DNA from: Eledone cirrhosa
Taxonomy: Eukaryota
Direction of reading: 5' to 3'
Assembly: GCA_964016885.1 (NCBI GenBank)
Contig: OZ024743.1
Location: 31,868,001 to 31,932,000, forward strand
DNA length: 64,000 bases
Below the pieces are notes generated by a model. The model ran no database searches and had not been told where the DNA came from. It saw nothing but the letters and a program-made list of their open reading frames with translations. Below, piece after piece: positions 13,203-26,283 of this stretch (position 1 is its first letter; each line of letters opens with the position of its first letter). Made by a program: the position numbers and the translations under genes.

Positions 13203-16200
13203 CAAAACAGCAAAAAGAAAACCCCGTGACCAAGAAATACCGGGATGGCGGCCGGCGGCGAATAGCCATGTCTCTAGGGGAGAACGACCCCTCTAGTCTT
13301 GGTTGACACTCGTTCTAGAAGTGGTAACACGAAATGATTACCCCTTGGCGGATAAGGATAAAACGCGACAAAATAAAGTAAATGTCTAATGATAAAATCT
13401 CATACCGGATCGGCCGTCACCCGGGTAAAAAAGGGCCGCGTCCCTCAGAGAGGAACCAGACTGGGGTCGAAAAATCAGCTAATGGTTCAAACCTCCCATC
13501 ACTTCGGAGCTGGAGACCTCCCATAACCGGAATACTCCTACTGTTGGCCTCCATGCTCACCACCAAGAAATCCAAAGAAAAAGAGAGAAAAATGGTCAAG
13601 GGAAGATAATAAAGAAGTCCTTGAGGCTTTCTACACTGCCATGTACTACCCATCAAATACATCGAATACAGAACAAACATATATCAATTGGAAAAAGAAA
13701 CATCCCGAAAACAGAGGCTATATTGACAGTAACAAACTAGCCAATATACGAAGAAATATTGTAAGAAAAAAGTTACTAACTGATATAGAAATTGATCAGA
13801 TCAAGCTATTAGCACAAAGTCGGCGAAGTGAAAATGAAGCATGTGTCAGTGAAAACGAGGTAAACTGTAACACTTCGAATCCCAGGGTTGGGGCGGAATC
13901 ACTGGCAACAGAACAAATTAAAGAAAGGAGCGAAAAAGTGGAGGGAGTGCATGCTCAGGATGAAACTCCAAATGAAAATAATGAGATCGTAAATGATAAA
14001 GAAATGAATGAGAATGAACTTGCCAACTTGAAGGATGAAATTATGATCGAATGGATGAAAATGAAAGAATCTGACATGGGGGAACGAGAGACCTTCCCTA
14101 AGATCCAGAACTCCAAACAGAACCAAAATATAATACACAAGACTAACATAATTCTCAAAAACATTATCATCACAAACAAACTAAACATTACTGACTTAAA
14201 TCATCTCTATTATGCATCGGCTAAAGTCACCACTCACTTATGTGGAGTGAAGATGAAAAAACAAAGGAATTCCCACAAGAAATCTACTTGGCAAGATAAC
14301 ATCAATCGCCAAATAAACCTTCTCCGATCTGACATAGAAATTTTAACAAACTATAAAGTAGGTGAACATGTTAAACAAAGTAAACTTAGAAAATTGAAAA
14401 AAAGTACAGTATAAGATCAACATGTGACATAGACATGCTGATAGAAACAATCAAGCAAAAAGTGTCGGCCAAAGCTGCTCGTATAAGGCGCTTTGAAAAA
14501 CGATCTAGATTCTATAAGGACAATAATATGTTCAAAAACAACCAAAGAAACTTCTACAGAAAAATTGGTAAGTCAACAATAACTGCTAAATCAATACCAC
14601 CCAAGGAGGAAGTGCAAGAATTCTGGGAAAAGATCTGGGCCGAAGAAAAAGTTCATAACATACATGCCCCATGGATAGACAGACAAATGAAAGATACAGC
14701 TCACCTTGAAGAACAAACATGGGAAAATATAACAGTTGAACAGTTGCGCTTGGCTCTAAGAAAAACCAGCAAATGGAAATCCCCAGGAAAAGACAAAATA
14801 CAAAACTTTTGGATAAATGCCTTCACAGAGTCTCATGAGCTGTTAGCCCAATTTTACAATGAAATAGTTAAGGAGCCAGAAAAGATACCATCATGGCTAG
14901 TTAACGGCATTACATTCCTGCTACCGAAGAATGATGAGACAAACAATCCCAAAAATTACAGACCGATAACCTGCTTGACCACAATGTATAAAATGTTAAC
15001 ATCAGTCCTAACTGAATACACATATGACCACCTGATAACAAATGACCTATTTCCCATTGAGCAGAAAGGGTGTAAACGAGGCTCATATGGCTGTAAGGAT
15101 CAGCTTCTGGTTAACAAAATGATACTGGAAGATTGTCATAATAGACACAAAAATCTATCGATTGCTTTTATTCTGCATCGCACTTATACCATTAAGTAAA
15201 ATGCTCAATGAAACAAAACATGGATATAGAGTCTATGACAAAACCATTAATGACCTGTTCTACATGGATGACCTGAAACTATTTACAAAAAATGATGAAC
15301 AATTGCAAGGGCTATTATCCACTGTGAAGCAGTTCAGTGATGACATTAAAATGAAGTTTGGACTGGATAAATGCGCCAAAGCAACGTTCACCAGAGGAAA
15401 GCTGCTGAAGAGTTCAGACATTAATCTTGATCGGGGGAACGTGATAAGAGAGCTTGATCAAGAAAAAACTTACAAATATCTAGGTGTTTGTGAAGGAGAC
15501 GGAATCAAGCACTCGACAATGAGGGAAAGGATAAGGAAGGAATGTTACCGCAGAGTAAGAGCAATCTTAAGAACGGGATTGAATGCAAGGAATAGGATCG
15601 ATGCCATAAACACGCTTGCCATATCAGTAGTAACCTACAGTTACAATGTCATCAACTAGTCAAGCACAGAGATCCGTAGGCTCGATACAAAAATCCGAAA
15701 ATTCTTAACCATGCACAGAATGCATCACCCTAAGGCAGACATAGATAGAATATATCTCCCTAGGAAAGAAGGAGGACGTGGGTTAATCCAGTTAGACATT
15801 GCGTTGAAAACTGCAACAATTGGATTATCCACATATCTAAGGGAATCACATGATTGGATGATCAAACTCGTTTTGAAATACGAAAGCACCAAAAGATCAT
15901 ATTCCATTACAAAAGAAGCACAAAGATACAGTAATGGACTACAAATTTCAGAAGTCCCATTTACTGCTGAAATGGAAAACACAGAAAAAGCAAAGCAGGT
16001 AAAAGTAACTGCAAAGAAAGAACTGCTACAGAAACTGGCTAAGAAATGGCAAGAAAAGCCTCTGTATGGAAAATACCCAGAGCGAGCTAACAATCCTGAT
16101 GTTGACAAAACTTTAACCCATCAGTGGTTGGCATCCTCTGGACTGAAATCGGAGACTGAAGGACTGATTATATCCGCACAAGATCAGTGTCTGCCAACAA

Positions 16201-16968
16201 AAAATTACCAAGCCAACATAATAAAAAATAGGTGCAACCCATTATGCCGTGTATGTAAAAAACAACCAGAGACCATTGACCATATAATTTCAATGTGCAG
16301 TCCTATAGCTCCAACCGAATACCTAAACAGGCATGACAGAGCTGCACAATACATACATTGGATAATGTGTAAGCATTTTGACCTGCCCCATAAAAAGAAT
16401 TGGTGGGAGCATCAACCACCTCCCATACTTGAAAAAGATCACATCTCAATCTTGTGGAACTTTAGCATCCAAACAGACCGAAAAATAAATGCAAATAGAC
16501 CTGATATAATATTGAAGGACTTTCAAAGGAGGGTATGCCTGCTAATTGATATGTCTGTTCCAATAGACAAGAATGTATCTATAAAAACATTTGAAAAATT
16601 GAGCAAGTATAAGGACCTGGAGATAGAAATTGTAAAAATGTGGAAATTGAGAACTAAAACAATACCAGTGGTTGTAGGCGCTCTGGGAATGATACCTAAG
16701 GGGTCTAACGACTACTTATCGCAAATTCCAGGAAACCCGCGTATAGGAGAAATACAAAAGATAGTACTAATGGGAACTGCCCATATACTAAGGAAGATCC
16801 TGTCAATATAAGTACATCACAAGTCTAAACACTAAGGATGCATGTGTGAATATGTATGTTCTTTCTTGAACATGGCGGACCTTGTTGTCTCTTGAGGTCG
16901 CTGGTTGTGACTTGGTGATAACTCGTATGAACATAAAGCAAGATAAATGCAAATAATAATAATAATAA
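13202..16968 (+). mobile_element. R4/Dong-clade non-LTR retrotransposon, copy 2 (a different family)
   Basis: Begins right after (TAA)n and ends in (AAT)6; RT + CCHC + RLE. Confidence 0.85.
13382..16811 (+). pseudogene. RT-RLE polyprotein with frameshifts, stops and an internal RT deletion at ~15165
   Basis: KSPGKD, NYRPITCL, KDQLL, LFYMDDLKL, CRVC..ETIDHIISMC, RHD, RPDII..IDMSVP..EKLSKY; the WIDY..GIFQGDSLSP block is missing. Confidence 0.88.
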
Positions 16969-17217
16969 TGCTTTCTTTATTAACCACAAGGGTTTATATA
17001 AAGTATACATTAAGGGCAGTACAGGACAATACAGGACGGTAAAAATGGACATTTCTGCGTGTAAAAAAGAAACAGAGGATGTAATAAAAAATAACAATGA
17101 AAAATTCCCCAATAGGGGGGAGACTTCCGAGGGACATTTGTGTAGAAAGCCCATTAAAAGGCCACAGTGACCCTGACCACTAGGGCAAGTGCCCTCTCCC
17201 AGTTTTCCACCTTTAAT

Positions 17218-20200
17218 TTACAGACACATACTCAGAGTAGGCCCCTTCACTCGGGCCATACTTGCTTCTCTCACCCATCTTTCAACAAAATGCTGGGAAG
17301 AGAGCACTTCCCTCTCTACCCTGATTTTCCTTTTCAAATGAAATTTGAAAAAGTTAATCAGGGCATCACCGAAGAGGTAAGTGCTCGTCTTCTAATCAGG
17401 GCATCACCGAAGAGGTAAGTGCTCGTCTTCAGCCCTTTCAAACGTGTCCACCATACTATCTCTTTCGCCATGGCCACCAGACAGATAAGTACTGCCTGCC
17501 CTTCCCGGCTAAAGGAAGAGGGCGGGGCAATCCTCACGATGGACTCAGCTGATAGCTGGATCCGTCCTACACGTGACAGCAGGTGTTCAACATAAACCCA
17601 CAAGTCAGCAATGCTCGGACACTGGACGAGTGTGTGTAGGACGGTTTCGTCACCCTGCGCACATCTCTGACATGCCCGGCTGCCGGCACCTCCATGCCTG
17701 TAGAGTTTATCCCGAACTGGCAAAGCTCCCCGGTAGCACTGCCAGGCCAGGGATTTCTGGAAGTTGTCCATAGGCCCCGGCCCGAAAGTCCTTCCGAAGA
17801 GATTGGCTAGTTGATTTTCGTCGACGCCTAGAGTTTCTCCAAGTACGTCGTCGTTCTTCCTCTCCACTAATCCTCTATAGAACGCCCAGGTGGAGTTTCC
17901 ACCAATCACATTGCCCGATTGGTCGAGGGCTGAGAGCGCCTGAAGACGTTTCAGTCTCCAAGCGCTCCCTCTCTGTCTTCGCTTGACCCAGGACTGCAGC
18001 ACCGTCAAGGAGACTAGCTGGGGAAAAACGAGTCTAAAATCGACGACCACACCTGATCACCGTCGAGGAAGAGGTGGAGATGTCGTAGCCTGAGCGCGTG
18101 TCTGCGCATCATCAGCCACGGCATGCCCAGCCCTCCACGTAGCGGGTGTTGACAGCAGATGGATCGCCTGACCATCGGAGCGCGTCCCTTCCACAAAAAG
18201 CGAAAGAGCAAACGCTCCAGCGCAGTCAGGCGGGGCTTAGGACAAGGTACGACGGTCAGGCGGTAGTAGATGACGGGCGCGATGTACGCGTTAACCACCT
18301 CCGCTCGACCTTTCAGGGATAGCTTCCTCTCGGCCCATTTCTGGGTGAGAGAAGCCACCCTGCTCGTCACATCGTCCCAGTTTCTGTCCGTCTGGAGGTC
18401 CGGACCGAACCAGACCCCTAGCAATTTAACCGGTCCGTCCGTCCAGCGCCGGACGACGCTGTTGGACGGCATGGACCTGCCTCTCCAGGTGCCGAGCTGC
18501 AGGCCCTCTGACTTTTCCTGGTTGATCATTGTCCTGTCACGGCTTCATATTCTCTTAGTGTAGTGCCGATCGCCTCGATGTGTTTGGCGTTCGATACTAC
18601 TACGGTGACATCGTCCGCATATGCTGACACGGATCTTCCGCATCCTAGCTCCCCCCCACCCCAACGTCTCCAGTTTGTGCAGTAATGGCTCGAGAGTCAA
18701 TACGTACAAGAGGGACGAGAGGGGACATCCTTGGCGGACCGAGCCCATGATGCTGAACGGTTCCGAAAGGTGATCGTTCACTCTCACCACAGAGCAGATG
18801 TCGCTGTGCATGGCAGCGATCCAGCCTCTGAAGACGGGCCCAAAGCCAGCCGCCTAAGGACTGCCGCTAGGTAACGATGGTCAACCCTATCGAATGCTTT
18901 CGACTGATCTAAATTGATCAAGGACCCACCCGTGCCAGGTTCCTTAGCTACCCTCTCTACGATGTATCGCATGAGGTGGAGGTTGTCGTGGATGGATCTG
19001 TCGCCTCTCCCGCCAGACCACCAACGACAAGCGTCAAACTCTTTGCTAGCGCCTTGGCCAAAATCTTGAACTCTGTGTTTAGCAGTGTTATGGGCCTAAA
19101 ATTATCTATGTTATCCCCCTTGTTCGGAGTCTTTCTCAGCAGCGCCACCGCTCCTCGGCTCACAGAGCTTGGAATTCTCCGTTCTGTTGCCAGTTGCAGT
19201 AGAGGTCCGCCAAGAGGCCTCCGAACAAGTCTGGCATTTGTACGTAAAGTTCATAGGGCAGACCATCCAAAGCAGGCGATTTACCCCTTGTGCAGCCAGT
19301 CATTACCTCCCGTACTTCAGCGGCTGTTATCGGCTTTTCGCAACACTCCGCCTCAGGGGCCGAGAACGGCGGCAGTCCGTCGAAGTAGACACTAAAGTCC
19401 ATTCCTCGATCCCCCCGAAAAGTTGAGCGAAGTGTCGCTGAAAATCTTCACACATTTGCCCGGGATCGAGTAGCATGCGACGCGCCTCTGCCACTCGGGC
19501 TCATTGAACGGCTTTCGTCCCCTCGTGTCTGAGAGCACGCACCCTAGCTGTGATGCCTTTGCTAAGCGCCTCGTCTAATTTTCTAACTAATTCTCCCTCT
19601 GCTCTATTTTTCTCTATTGCTAAAGCCTTACTAAACATAATGGACTCTATTCTAATTGCTCTTTTCAGAGCAAACCACCACTTGTTGTTGACGATGGCCC
19701 CCGTCAACGCTCGCTTAACTAGTTTGCTAATCCTGTCTCTGCAGGCCTTGCGTGCTGGTAAGGACGCGTTTAGCTTCCAGTAGCCGGGTCCTCGTCTATG
19801 AAGCCTATCTAAGTCAAGCACACAGATCACGAATTTGTGGTCCGTGTAGCTGACTATCTTGAATTGTGGACAGCCTATGCTAGACCTATCTATTTCCCTA
19901 CAAAATACTCTATCTAGATATGATCTGGATGACCCTATGCGATTTGTCCAAGTCCACATTGGCACATTCGGGAAATCCAATCGGTACCTGTCAGACAGTT
20001 CAAAACGCCTGAGCAGTTTGGTGAGACTCTTGCACCCACCTCCCCAATCCACTAATCCCACACAGTCCCAGCGTGCATCTAAGATCCCGTTCCAGTCGCC
20101 CACTAACACTAAAGAGCGGGACGTTCCAAGAAAGGTCTCCAGACGCCGGAAGATATCAGGCCGCCCTGCACCTGTCGGGGCATATACGGCCACTAACCTG

Positions 20201-20518
20201 AAAGCTTGCCCGTCTCCGCTGGTCACGTCCAGCACCACCAACTTACCTTCTGGGTCCAGGAAGATGGCCCGAATGGCAAGATCCAAACCTCTCCGAAAAA
20301 GCACAGCAACTCCCCCCCCCCGATCCCGGACGGCTGGGAGATGCGTACACATCGTAGCCGCCGAAGATCGGTGCGAAGGCCCGTGATTCGGACATTCTGA
20401 TCTCGCTGATGGCCACTACATCTATGTTTAGTGACCTGAGGTCATTGAGCAGGTGGCCCTGCTTCCATGACGACTCCAAGCCACGCGCATTTATACTGCC
20501 TATTCTGAGTGAGGTCAT
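17218..20518 (-). pseudogene. ORF2 APE endonuclease-reverse transcriptase, multiple frameshifts
   Basis: SINARGL, VAISE, AVYAP, VGDWN, YLDRVF, TDH; NFRPITLLN, DQSKAFDRV, RQGCPLS, AYADDV (~18605-18630); CQRC..ETVLHTLVQC. Confidence 0.9.
17355..17430. repeat. 38-bp tandem duplication inside ORF2
   Basis: taatcagggcatcaccgaagaggtaagtgctcgtcttc x2; single copy in the sister fragment at ~35403-35440. Confidence 0.9.
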
Positions 20519-20835
20519 GTTGAAATGCAGTTGAAAAGATGGGAAAGACCACTTACCTTACTTCTCGTAGAGGAAGGACGGTTTCTCCATCATTTTCACT
20601 GCTTGTGGCCTCCTCAGGAAGGATGTCCTTATACATCCTCCTGGAGAGTGCTTGTCAGAAGTCTCCGATATCTTTGGGGAATTTTTGTTTTAGTGTCATG
20701 TACGTTTTCTGTGTGATGCGAGTGATTTGTATGTGTGGAGGTGTTGTGAACTTTTGGGTTGTTGTGTAGTCTTTTTCTGTGATGCTGGTGTTGTGTTGGA
20801 TGTAGTGTAATAATTGGTTGTTGTTCAAATTTAAT

Positions 20836-21021
20836 TGTTTCTACTTTAGGCACAAGGCCAGCAATTATCCAGTGCATTACTGGTACTTTATTTTATCGAC
20901 CCCGTAAGGATGAAAGGCAAAGTCAACCTCGGCGGGATTTGAACTCAGATCGTAAAGGACGTAACTATGCTGGAAAGCATGGCGTCCGACCCTCTACCAA
21001 TACTGCCAATCCACCGCCCTT
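20836..21021 (-). mobile_element. tRNA-derived SINE inserted in the Tx1 element with a 19-bp TSD
   Basis: A box TGGCAGTATTGG, B box GAGTTCAAATCC; TSD gttgttgttcaaatttaat at 20817-20835 and 21022-21040. Confidence 0.9.
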
Positions 21022-21296
21022 GTTGTTGTTCAAATTTAATGCTGTGTAGTGTGTATCGTTTTGGTTGTTTTGTTTTGTTTGCGTTTGTTGTGGGTTTGTT
21101 TCTGTTTCGCATTTTGGTGACTTTTGTGGTGTAGGTGATGGTCGTGTTGGGGTTAATGATGGTGATGGTGTTGGTGTTTGAGGTGATGGGATTGGTGATG
21201 CTGGTGTGGAAGGTGGCATGTCTGTCCTAACTCTTTTGTTTGATAGTTTATTTGTTTCCTCTGTATTCTGTTTTTGGAGGGGGACTGAAGAGAATT

Positions 21297-22679
21297 TTAT
21301 CTTTTTTGGTTTCTTTTTTTCTTTTTTACTGATACCGTTTCCCACTTCTCGTCGTCACAATCTGTCTCCAGTTGTGATAGGCCGAGGAGTGGAAAATCCT
21401 CCACAAGCGTTAGTTTTGATTGTGGCGTGGTGGACGGTGTAGGCGCTGGTGCTAGTTCTGGCGCGTTGGGTGGTGCTGGTGTTGGTTTTGCTACTGTTGC
21501 TGCGGTTGTTGCTGTTACAGTTGCTTCTCTTGTTGCTGCTACAGCTGTTGCTGCCATCTCTGCTGCTGGTGGTGTTGATGGTTGAGTCACTGGGGTGGGT
21601 AGGAAGGTGACCTCAACCTTTTAGACTGAGGGCAGAAAGCCCTTAGGTGGGTTCCTTCACCACAAACGACACACCTAGGCCTTCTGCCCTCGACAATTAC
21701 GGTGAGGGGGCTGCCGTCAGTGAGGTCTATTACCTCTGGGATCTCCTCAATGCCTTTTTCGTCCGCTTGGATCAGGAGCTCCATCCGAGATCCGGACCAG
21801 TTCTCCTGCTTTTCTTTCGCAATTTCGATTATCTTGGTGTGGGCTTCGATGCCGGCAAAGACGGCAGCTATCAGCCACGGAATTTCGATGGCCGGTGGAA
21901 CGTGGATGACCCTGATTTTTACGAGTCTCTGGCTAGAATAGCTTGGGACGCGTGTGAAGTCATCATTTCTTAATGGGGCCATGGAGTGTTCTCTAGCCTC
22001 CTGTGGTGTTTCAAAGAACACGTCCACGGTTCCATACTTCTGCCCAAGTCTGATGTGGGGTTTTTTGCCCACACATGTCCCAAAGCTTTTTGAATTTGGG
22101 ACTCGGATGCCCGTTCCACTCGGCGCGATTTTATATTAATTGTTCGATAAAACACGGTGCATAGGCGCCGATGCTCCATTTTATTAGGTGGGGGGTGAGG
22201 CTGACCCTGTACCCATATGTCTTTACCATTTTTTTGGCTTCTTCTAATTCCTCCTGAGTTACCTGAAATGCTTCGCACTGTTTTGCTACTCTGGCAAAAC
22301 TCAGGGTGGTTTTCTTAATGTCATTGTTGCTGTTGTTGTTATCGTTATTTTTGTTATTATTAATTTTAGTTTCAATTGTGGTGGTGGTGGTGTCAGTGGT
22401 GTTCCGTGTGGAAGAGTTCATTTTGGTTGAATTCATTTCGATATCACTAGTTAATTTATTATTTTCTTTTGTTTCTCTTGTCGCGGTGGTGGTGGGGGTG
22501 GTGGCGGCTTTAACACCTGCAGTCATTGGTAATGGCGGGAAATGCATGTCTGCCTGAGACAAATTTAAAATATTGCTACTGCTTACATTTCCAGTGTTAG
22601 CAAACGTAGCAATATTTGCAATGGTGGTGTCTGTGTGAGGTGTTAGATTGTGAGGAAGGACTGACTCTGAGTCAGCCAT
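21297..22679 (-). pseudogene. ORF1 (gag-like nucleic-acid-binding protein), frameshifted
   Basis: Starts MADSES at 22679; CX2CX4HX4C knuckle CVVCGEGTHLRAFC; lies upstream of ORF2 on the same strand. Confidence 0.75.
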
Positions 22680-23381
22680 GATTTTTCAAAGAAACATTTT
22701 TGTTTGATAATTATAAACGTTTAACTTTTGGGCTCAAGGCCCCAATATTTTTGAGTGTCCTTTTCAGAAATCAATATATGTGCACTTATATAGAGTTAAC
22801 AATAAAAGTTTTCCATAAATGGCAATTTTAAACAACTGAAAATAACAAACCTTTGCGGAGCTCACGTTGATACGATTTACTACGTAGGTCGTCAATAATA
22901 ATAATAATAATAATTTCAATAAAAGAAATTCAATACCACGTATAGTTTAGCGTGATTGGAAGAATGTTATATAAAAGAAAATAAGAAAAATGGAATGTTT
23001 CATGCTGTTGCGAATGATATTAAATACCAATTTCCAATAGAGAAGGAAGAAATATAACGTTGAAAACTTTATGAAGTATGTTAACGAACCCTGTGATGAA
23101 CCGTAATTGTTTGCAAGTTTTTAGTGAAATATTTTATTTGGTACTCCAAAAGATTTCTAACAGGCAAATTGACAAAAGAGAAAAATAATCAATTTCTTTC
23201 GTTTCTCTTTAGTTTTCAATATATTTATTATTTTTGCTTGTAGCATTTACTATTGTTTCTTGACCAACGAGAAGTTAAATTGAAGCACAGATCACGGAAA
23301 ATATTTCTAACAGAAAAACAGTTGAAAATTCAGGCAAATTAGTTGTATGAGAAAGACGAAAACTAATCAATATATATACGA

Positions 23382-23540
<159 letters not shown>

Positions 23541-23599
23541 TTATATATATGTGCATATATATATATATATATGTGTGTGTGTGAGTGTGTATTACACGA

Positions 23600-24005
23600 T
23601 TTCTCATGAAAATGTGTGTTGATACAGATATTGCCTTACATAAGGAAGGTCATGCTGCCCATAAAAACACACTTACCTGTTGGTTTTCACTTCAATTTAT
23701 TATAATTATAAACTCAGCTGGTAAGATTAATGACCAGATGGTTGTATATTTGTTGATTCTTAAAGCTCTTTCGATACAAAAACAAGGTTATGTAGAACAG
23801 AACAAAGGAGAGACATAAAATAACAAAGGTAATCACTGAGGAGGTCACAGTATGTATGACGAAAGAGTTTTAGTAATCAACAAATAAACGACAATTCGGT
23901 ATTAACCTATCCGACAGAGAATTTGTATGATAATAATACATTGAAGTGAAAACCAACAGATGCGTATGTTTATATTTTAGCATGAACTTACCAAAGTATA
24001 ACAAT
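23600..24005. repeat. Diverged family A fold-back with HHR-like motif at ~23832-23875 (+)
   Basis: CTGAGGA g GTCA..TGAC GAAAGAG; left arm ends in aaagctctttcg, the reverse complement of the GAAA/stem III segment. Confidence 0.6.
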
Positions 24006-24529
24006 ATATATATATATACACACACACACACATATATATATATATTAGTGAAAGTAGAGCATAGACCGCGAGTCCGGGTGGTTTCGGCTTGTTCCCTCTT
24101 CTAGCCTTCGTCTGGAAAGTATCTCAAATTTAAGGGAAATGAGAGCAGGGAAGGTGGTGGTGATGAAGAGAAAAGAAAGAAAGGAGCATAATGTGCTGGC
24201 GAGAAAATGAAGAAGAAAAATAGAAGAGAAAAAATAATTAAATAGAAACATGACAAGAAAATAGGCACTGTCGCGTAGAATAGGGTGAGATTGATAGATT
24301 ACAAGGCGACTGCTTGCCTATGTAGAAGTTCAATCAGTTGTTATACCTTCATAGCAAAGAGCGAGAGGGAGGAGGGTCTGGTAGTTTGAGGTGGAGGGAA
24401 TCAAGATGTTTATTACACATATACACACATATATCGCCCGCTCACACACTCACAGACCCGGGATTGCCGTGGTTATTTTCCAGAGGTTCATTACAGTGTC
24501 TGCTTTTGGTAACTAGCTGCGATTTTTTG

Positions 24530-24693
24530 TAAATGAGTGGACCTCTTTCAAATAGACTGCAAATACAGACTCTGCATAATACCATGTATCGAGTACTTCA
24601 CTAATTTGTGGCCACAAATTAGTGAAGTACTCGATACATGGTATGAATCAGAGTCTGAATTTGCAGTCTATTTGAAAGAGGTCCACTCATTTA
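24530..24693. repeat. Spacerless palindrome (164 bp; perfect 66-bp core 24579-24644)
   Basis: Centre gtgg|ccac at 24611/24612; abuts (TA)n. Confidence 0.9.
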
Positions 24694-24771
24694 TATATAT
24701 TTATATATATATATATATACATATATAATAGAGAGAGAGAGAGAGAGAGAGAGTGAGAGAGAGAGGGAGAG

Positions 24772-24846
<75 letters not shown>

Positions 24847-24847
<1 letters not shown>

Positions 24848-24915
24848 TGTGAGAGCAATAGGCTTGCAATCGAAAGGTTGTGAGTTCAATTCTCAGACCG
24901 GGTGATGTGTTGTTC
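24847..24915 (+). mobile_element. Truncated SINE head
   Basis: gcaatcgaaaggttgtgagttcaattc..gatgtgttg, homologous to 43150-43260. Confidence 0.5.
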
Positions 24916-25291
24916 AGAAGAAATTAGTGTGTAAAAACATAGATGTATAGATAATCTGTTGTAGACACCTCCAGTCATTACTCAGTGTTTCAGAGACAAC
25001 AAGGCACGTGTGTAATATATGCATTGATCCATTGTTATATTCCCTAAATAATTGCCACCATCAAACGATATTGTTTAGTATTCTATATAGAATTGATGAG
25101 CTTAACATAATATGGACATTTTTACAAGAGATTATTCAGGATCCTGTCGGAGGTTCTGTCCTTAGACTCCCCGATTTAAATTGTACATGGAATCATGCAT
25201 GGTACAATCAACGCGGGTTTTATTTAAAGACATGATCATCGTATTTTGGTTGCCTTGTTGATCATTTTATAGTGTTATCTATTTAGAGAAA

Positions 25292-25479
25292 TGGCGGTGG
25301 ATTGGCAGTATCGGTAGAGGTTCGGACGCCATGCTTTGACGCATAGAGTTACGACCCTTGCCATTCTGAGTGCAAATCCCGCCGAGGTTAACTTTGCCTT
25401 TCATCCTTACGGGGTCGATAAAATAAAGTACCAGTAATGTACTGGGTAATTTTCTGGCCTTGTGCCAATAGTAGAAACA
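25292..25479 (+). mobile_element. tRNA-derived SINE with an 18-bp TSD
   Basis: Same family as 20836-21021; TSD gttatctatttagagaaa at 25274-25291 and 25480-25497. Confidence 0.9.
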
Positions 25480-25959
25480 GTTATCTATTTAGAGAAAATG
25501 GAAATACGTTTGATAATATATATTGTCGAATGGACAGAAAGTTTGAAAGGATGAGGTTTAGTTAATACGATCGACACTAAATGGAACATTCCACATTTTG
25601 TTGAAAAAAAAAAAACTGAAATGCTTGATCGATTATATTTGAAATAAAAATAAAAAAGATGGAAATATACGATAAATGACGTTTAACCCGACGCCTTAGC
25701 ATTTTGTCATTGACAAGATGCAAATAATGCATGTATAATTCAACCTATACTAACGAAAATAAATACTATAGCTATACAACAGTCAGTCTATCACAGGTGA
25801 ATGCCAGAATACCACAAACACATTCTAAAATGATGTTCGAATTTGTGAGGAGGCAAATGTCCTGAATAGGAGCTCTTCCATTACAATAACGACGTCCAAT
25901 TTCAATGACTCTCTTTCTCTGCCTCCCCGCCTATCTCCCTCTCACCCTCTATGTTATAC

Positions 25960-26000
<41 letters not shown>

Positions 26001-26135
26001 TATAAATATATGATATTACACGTGCAGTCGCACCTATTAGGAATAACATATAGTGTACACATCGTATCCGTTTCAGTGAGTGCGCAATGGGAGAGATCAG
26101 GGCCATAATGATTATGATTCGTTTGGCTTCGGTAA

Positions 26136-26283
<148 letters not shown>

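Larger units (their letters stand above)
16969..22893 (-). mobile_element. Full-length-sized Tx1/L1-clade LINE flanked by (AAT)n
   Basis: ORF1 with zinc knuckle, ORF2 APE-RT-CCHC, 3' AATAAAGAAAGCA then (TTA)n; (AAT)6 at 16952-16969 and (AAT)7 at 22894-22914. Confidence 0.85.

Noticed and set aside
9880-16108. Antisense ORFs over the LINEs (also + strand ORFs over the Tx1 and Penelope elements)
   Set aside because: They are shadows of the real retroelement reading frames
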